Assembly (NCBI GenBank): GCA_030141605.1
Contig: JAQGDQ010000622.1
Span: forward strand, 1-64,000
Direction of reading: 5' to 3'
DNA length: 64,000 nt
Origin: Tubiluchus corallicola
Taxonomy: Eukaryota > Animalia > Priapulida
Shown: piece after piece, positions 25,940 to 64,000 of the stretch
Layout: each line of letters opens with the position of its first letter
How positions within the stretch are numbered: the first letter of the stretch is position 1
Made by a program: the position numbers and the translations under genes
The notes under the pieces: generated by a model
The model's database searches: none
What the model was told of the DNA's origin: nothing
What the model saw: only the letters and a program-made list of their open reading frames with translations

Positions 25940-28095
25940 AAACGACTGATATTATAACATGTTCCATTGTTTTAATATTACACTTAAAATCATTTATTTT
26001 AATTGTAATTCATCAAAACCAATTTATGACCAAACTGGATGGAAAGGGGTGGTGACAAACACACATTATCAGATAAGCCAATTAATACACAGATTAATAA
26101 ATTATTAAACTGTGCCCATGTCTCTGTGGTTCATAATAATGTATTAGCACAGCGTGTGCAAAACAGGTGGGTCTTAATAATTTAGTATCAACCAGCCATA
26201 ATGCATTCCTTGGTGACAACACTGCCAGCTTAACAACCGTATTATAAATTTAATGTACAATAAATAACATCTGTCATCATTACCAACTTCATCATCACCA
26301 TTCTTGCATAGATACATTTCGATACCAAACATTGCATGTTAATATAAAGGCTAATGTTATAAATAATATGTTACATTGGTGAAGCAATGTAGCAACACTA
26401 CATTTTATATCACTAGCAAACAAAAAATCGTCACCAATCGCAAGACGGTACTGTAAAAGTTTTACAAAATGGTCCAAGAAGTTCTAGCGCTAAAGCATCA
26501 GATAAACAGTAAACAAAAGCATCGAAATACCTAGCTACAAAGAAGAATAAAAATGAATGAAATACTGAAAACAAAAAAATTCAATATTAATAATAATAAT
26601 AAGTTATACTGAGGACGTACAGACAAAGTGGCAAACGACAAAGAGACAGATTTGCTGAGAAAAATATTATATAGCTTTTATCTAAGAGAGTTCATTCATG
26701 TTTCCATAGATTGCACCACAACAAAACTGAAAAAAAACTAGCAGTTTCAGAAATTAGCTTTAGTTCCTCAGGATTTTACGTGTTTTGTTTTCATTATGTA
26801 AGCCTGCTGAATCTTTTTCCAACAGTTTCAGATTCAGATAAATTTATTTTATCTCTTGTAACACACGAAAAAATCGAGTACATAGCAAAATAAGTTATTA
26901 GTAGTTACAGAAATGGTGGCGAAAAAACCATAGAGGTTAGCAAATCAGCCACCCTTTTAGTTAAAGTTATTAGCAAGAATATCTAGCGATTTAAGTCGGG
27001 ATGAAAGAAAAAGAATCCTGTCAAACTGAAAACATATAATGAGGAAAAAATGACAACAAAAAGTGAATCAAACTAGTTTTAAGTGGCAAAGCAATATGCA
27101 AGAAAAAAGAAAAGAAACATAAGCAAAATAGATTGAGAAACAAAACAAAAACCATCAAAAGTTGATATGCATATAGTCACAAAAAATAATAACTGGTATA
27201 AAAATGAGCATACATAAGGACTGACAACAAAACTGAAAAATGAAATAAGTACTGCAAAACATAAACTGAAGGAAGCAACTGAGCAAAAAATGATAATGTT
27301 TGGTAAAGCCGAAATAAGCATACAATGAGAAAATCAAACTGAATTAACACAATAAAATGGCACTATAAACATATGAAACAGATTGGTTTGTGCATGATAT
27401 TATAATAACTGGCAAAAACAAAAACAAAAAAGAAACAAAATCATAAACAAAGCAGCAAGCGACAAACACACTTCTATATCAATGGAAGTTCTGAATTTTT
27501 AACACAACCAAGATTACAAGTACAACGAATCGCACATTCAAAACCAGGAAAACAGTTCATACTTAGACCCACAATTGTTCATATTTCATTGCTATAAGCT
27601 GCCACAACAACATACTTAATTTTTACCCTATCAACACACGGATTCATTACACACCAGGATGTTCAAACAATAACAACAACACTATTTTACATCCATCACA
27701 CAACAGTTCATTCTCACTAGTGTTCATGACACACAGGTTTGTGCACTTTGATGTTACTCATAGGAAAGGAATCGGATTACAACAATTTTATTACTATAAC
27801 GCATGATCTACATACGTACCAACACTTTGCTCGCAGATTTTACGTGTTCTCTAAATGGCCTCAAAATTAACAAGATTATATGAATGTACCATTAATGCAA
27901 ATCATCAAATGCAAAAATACAGCATACTCACCTAATAACAGGAAGGCACTCAATGTAGAAGACAGAATTACTGGCTATTAATCTGCTCTATACAAACCAG
28001 TTAATAGAAAACCATCAGTAACTCCGTACCATGATGTAGAGAGTGGATTACTGCACAACTAAGGTTGAAAGAATGCATAAAATAAATATACGTAC

Positions 28096-63938
<35,843 letters not shown>

Positions 63939-64000
63939 CTGTAAATAACAATATCAGACCAGTCCGAAAAGAGCAGCCAGACATCTACAAGCAAATATTT

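Overview
AT-rich eukaryotic (invertebrate metazoan-like) genomic DNA with spliceosomal GT-AG genes. Left end: the 5' part of THOC7. Its 13-nt first coding exon is on the minus strand (2852-2864), but its second exon is on the PLUS strand (197-317), inside a 642-bp spacer bounded by a perfect inverted repeat (1-74 / 717-790). Head-to-head with it is a complete 13-exon ataxin-7 family gene (4127-19888, +, about 967 aa), the same divergent THOC7-ATXN7 pair as in human. Most of the rest of the window (about 28-64 kb, minus strand, 5' end outside the window) is one large mosaic, extracellular-type protein gene. I modelled 27 exons (about 1990 aa in the window): tectonin-like propeller repeats, 2 atypical C-type lectin domains, 2 WSC domains, a fibrinogen-like N-terminal motif and 14 sushi/CCP modules. 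Several sushi exons were recently duplicated, one copy has lost an exon, and two sushi domains carry acidic repeat inserts, one of them behind an RKKR furin-type site. Introns and the intergenic region hold 21-, 25-, 40- and 52-bp minisatellites, hAT-like and pogo-like MITEs, and decayed LINE fragments. All gene models were built by eye from splice sites and codon phase.
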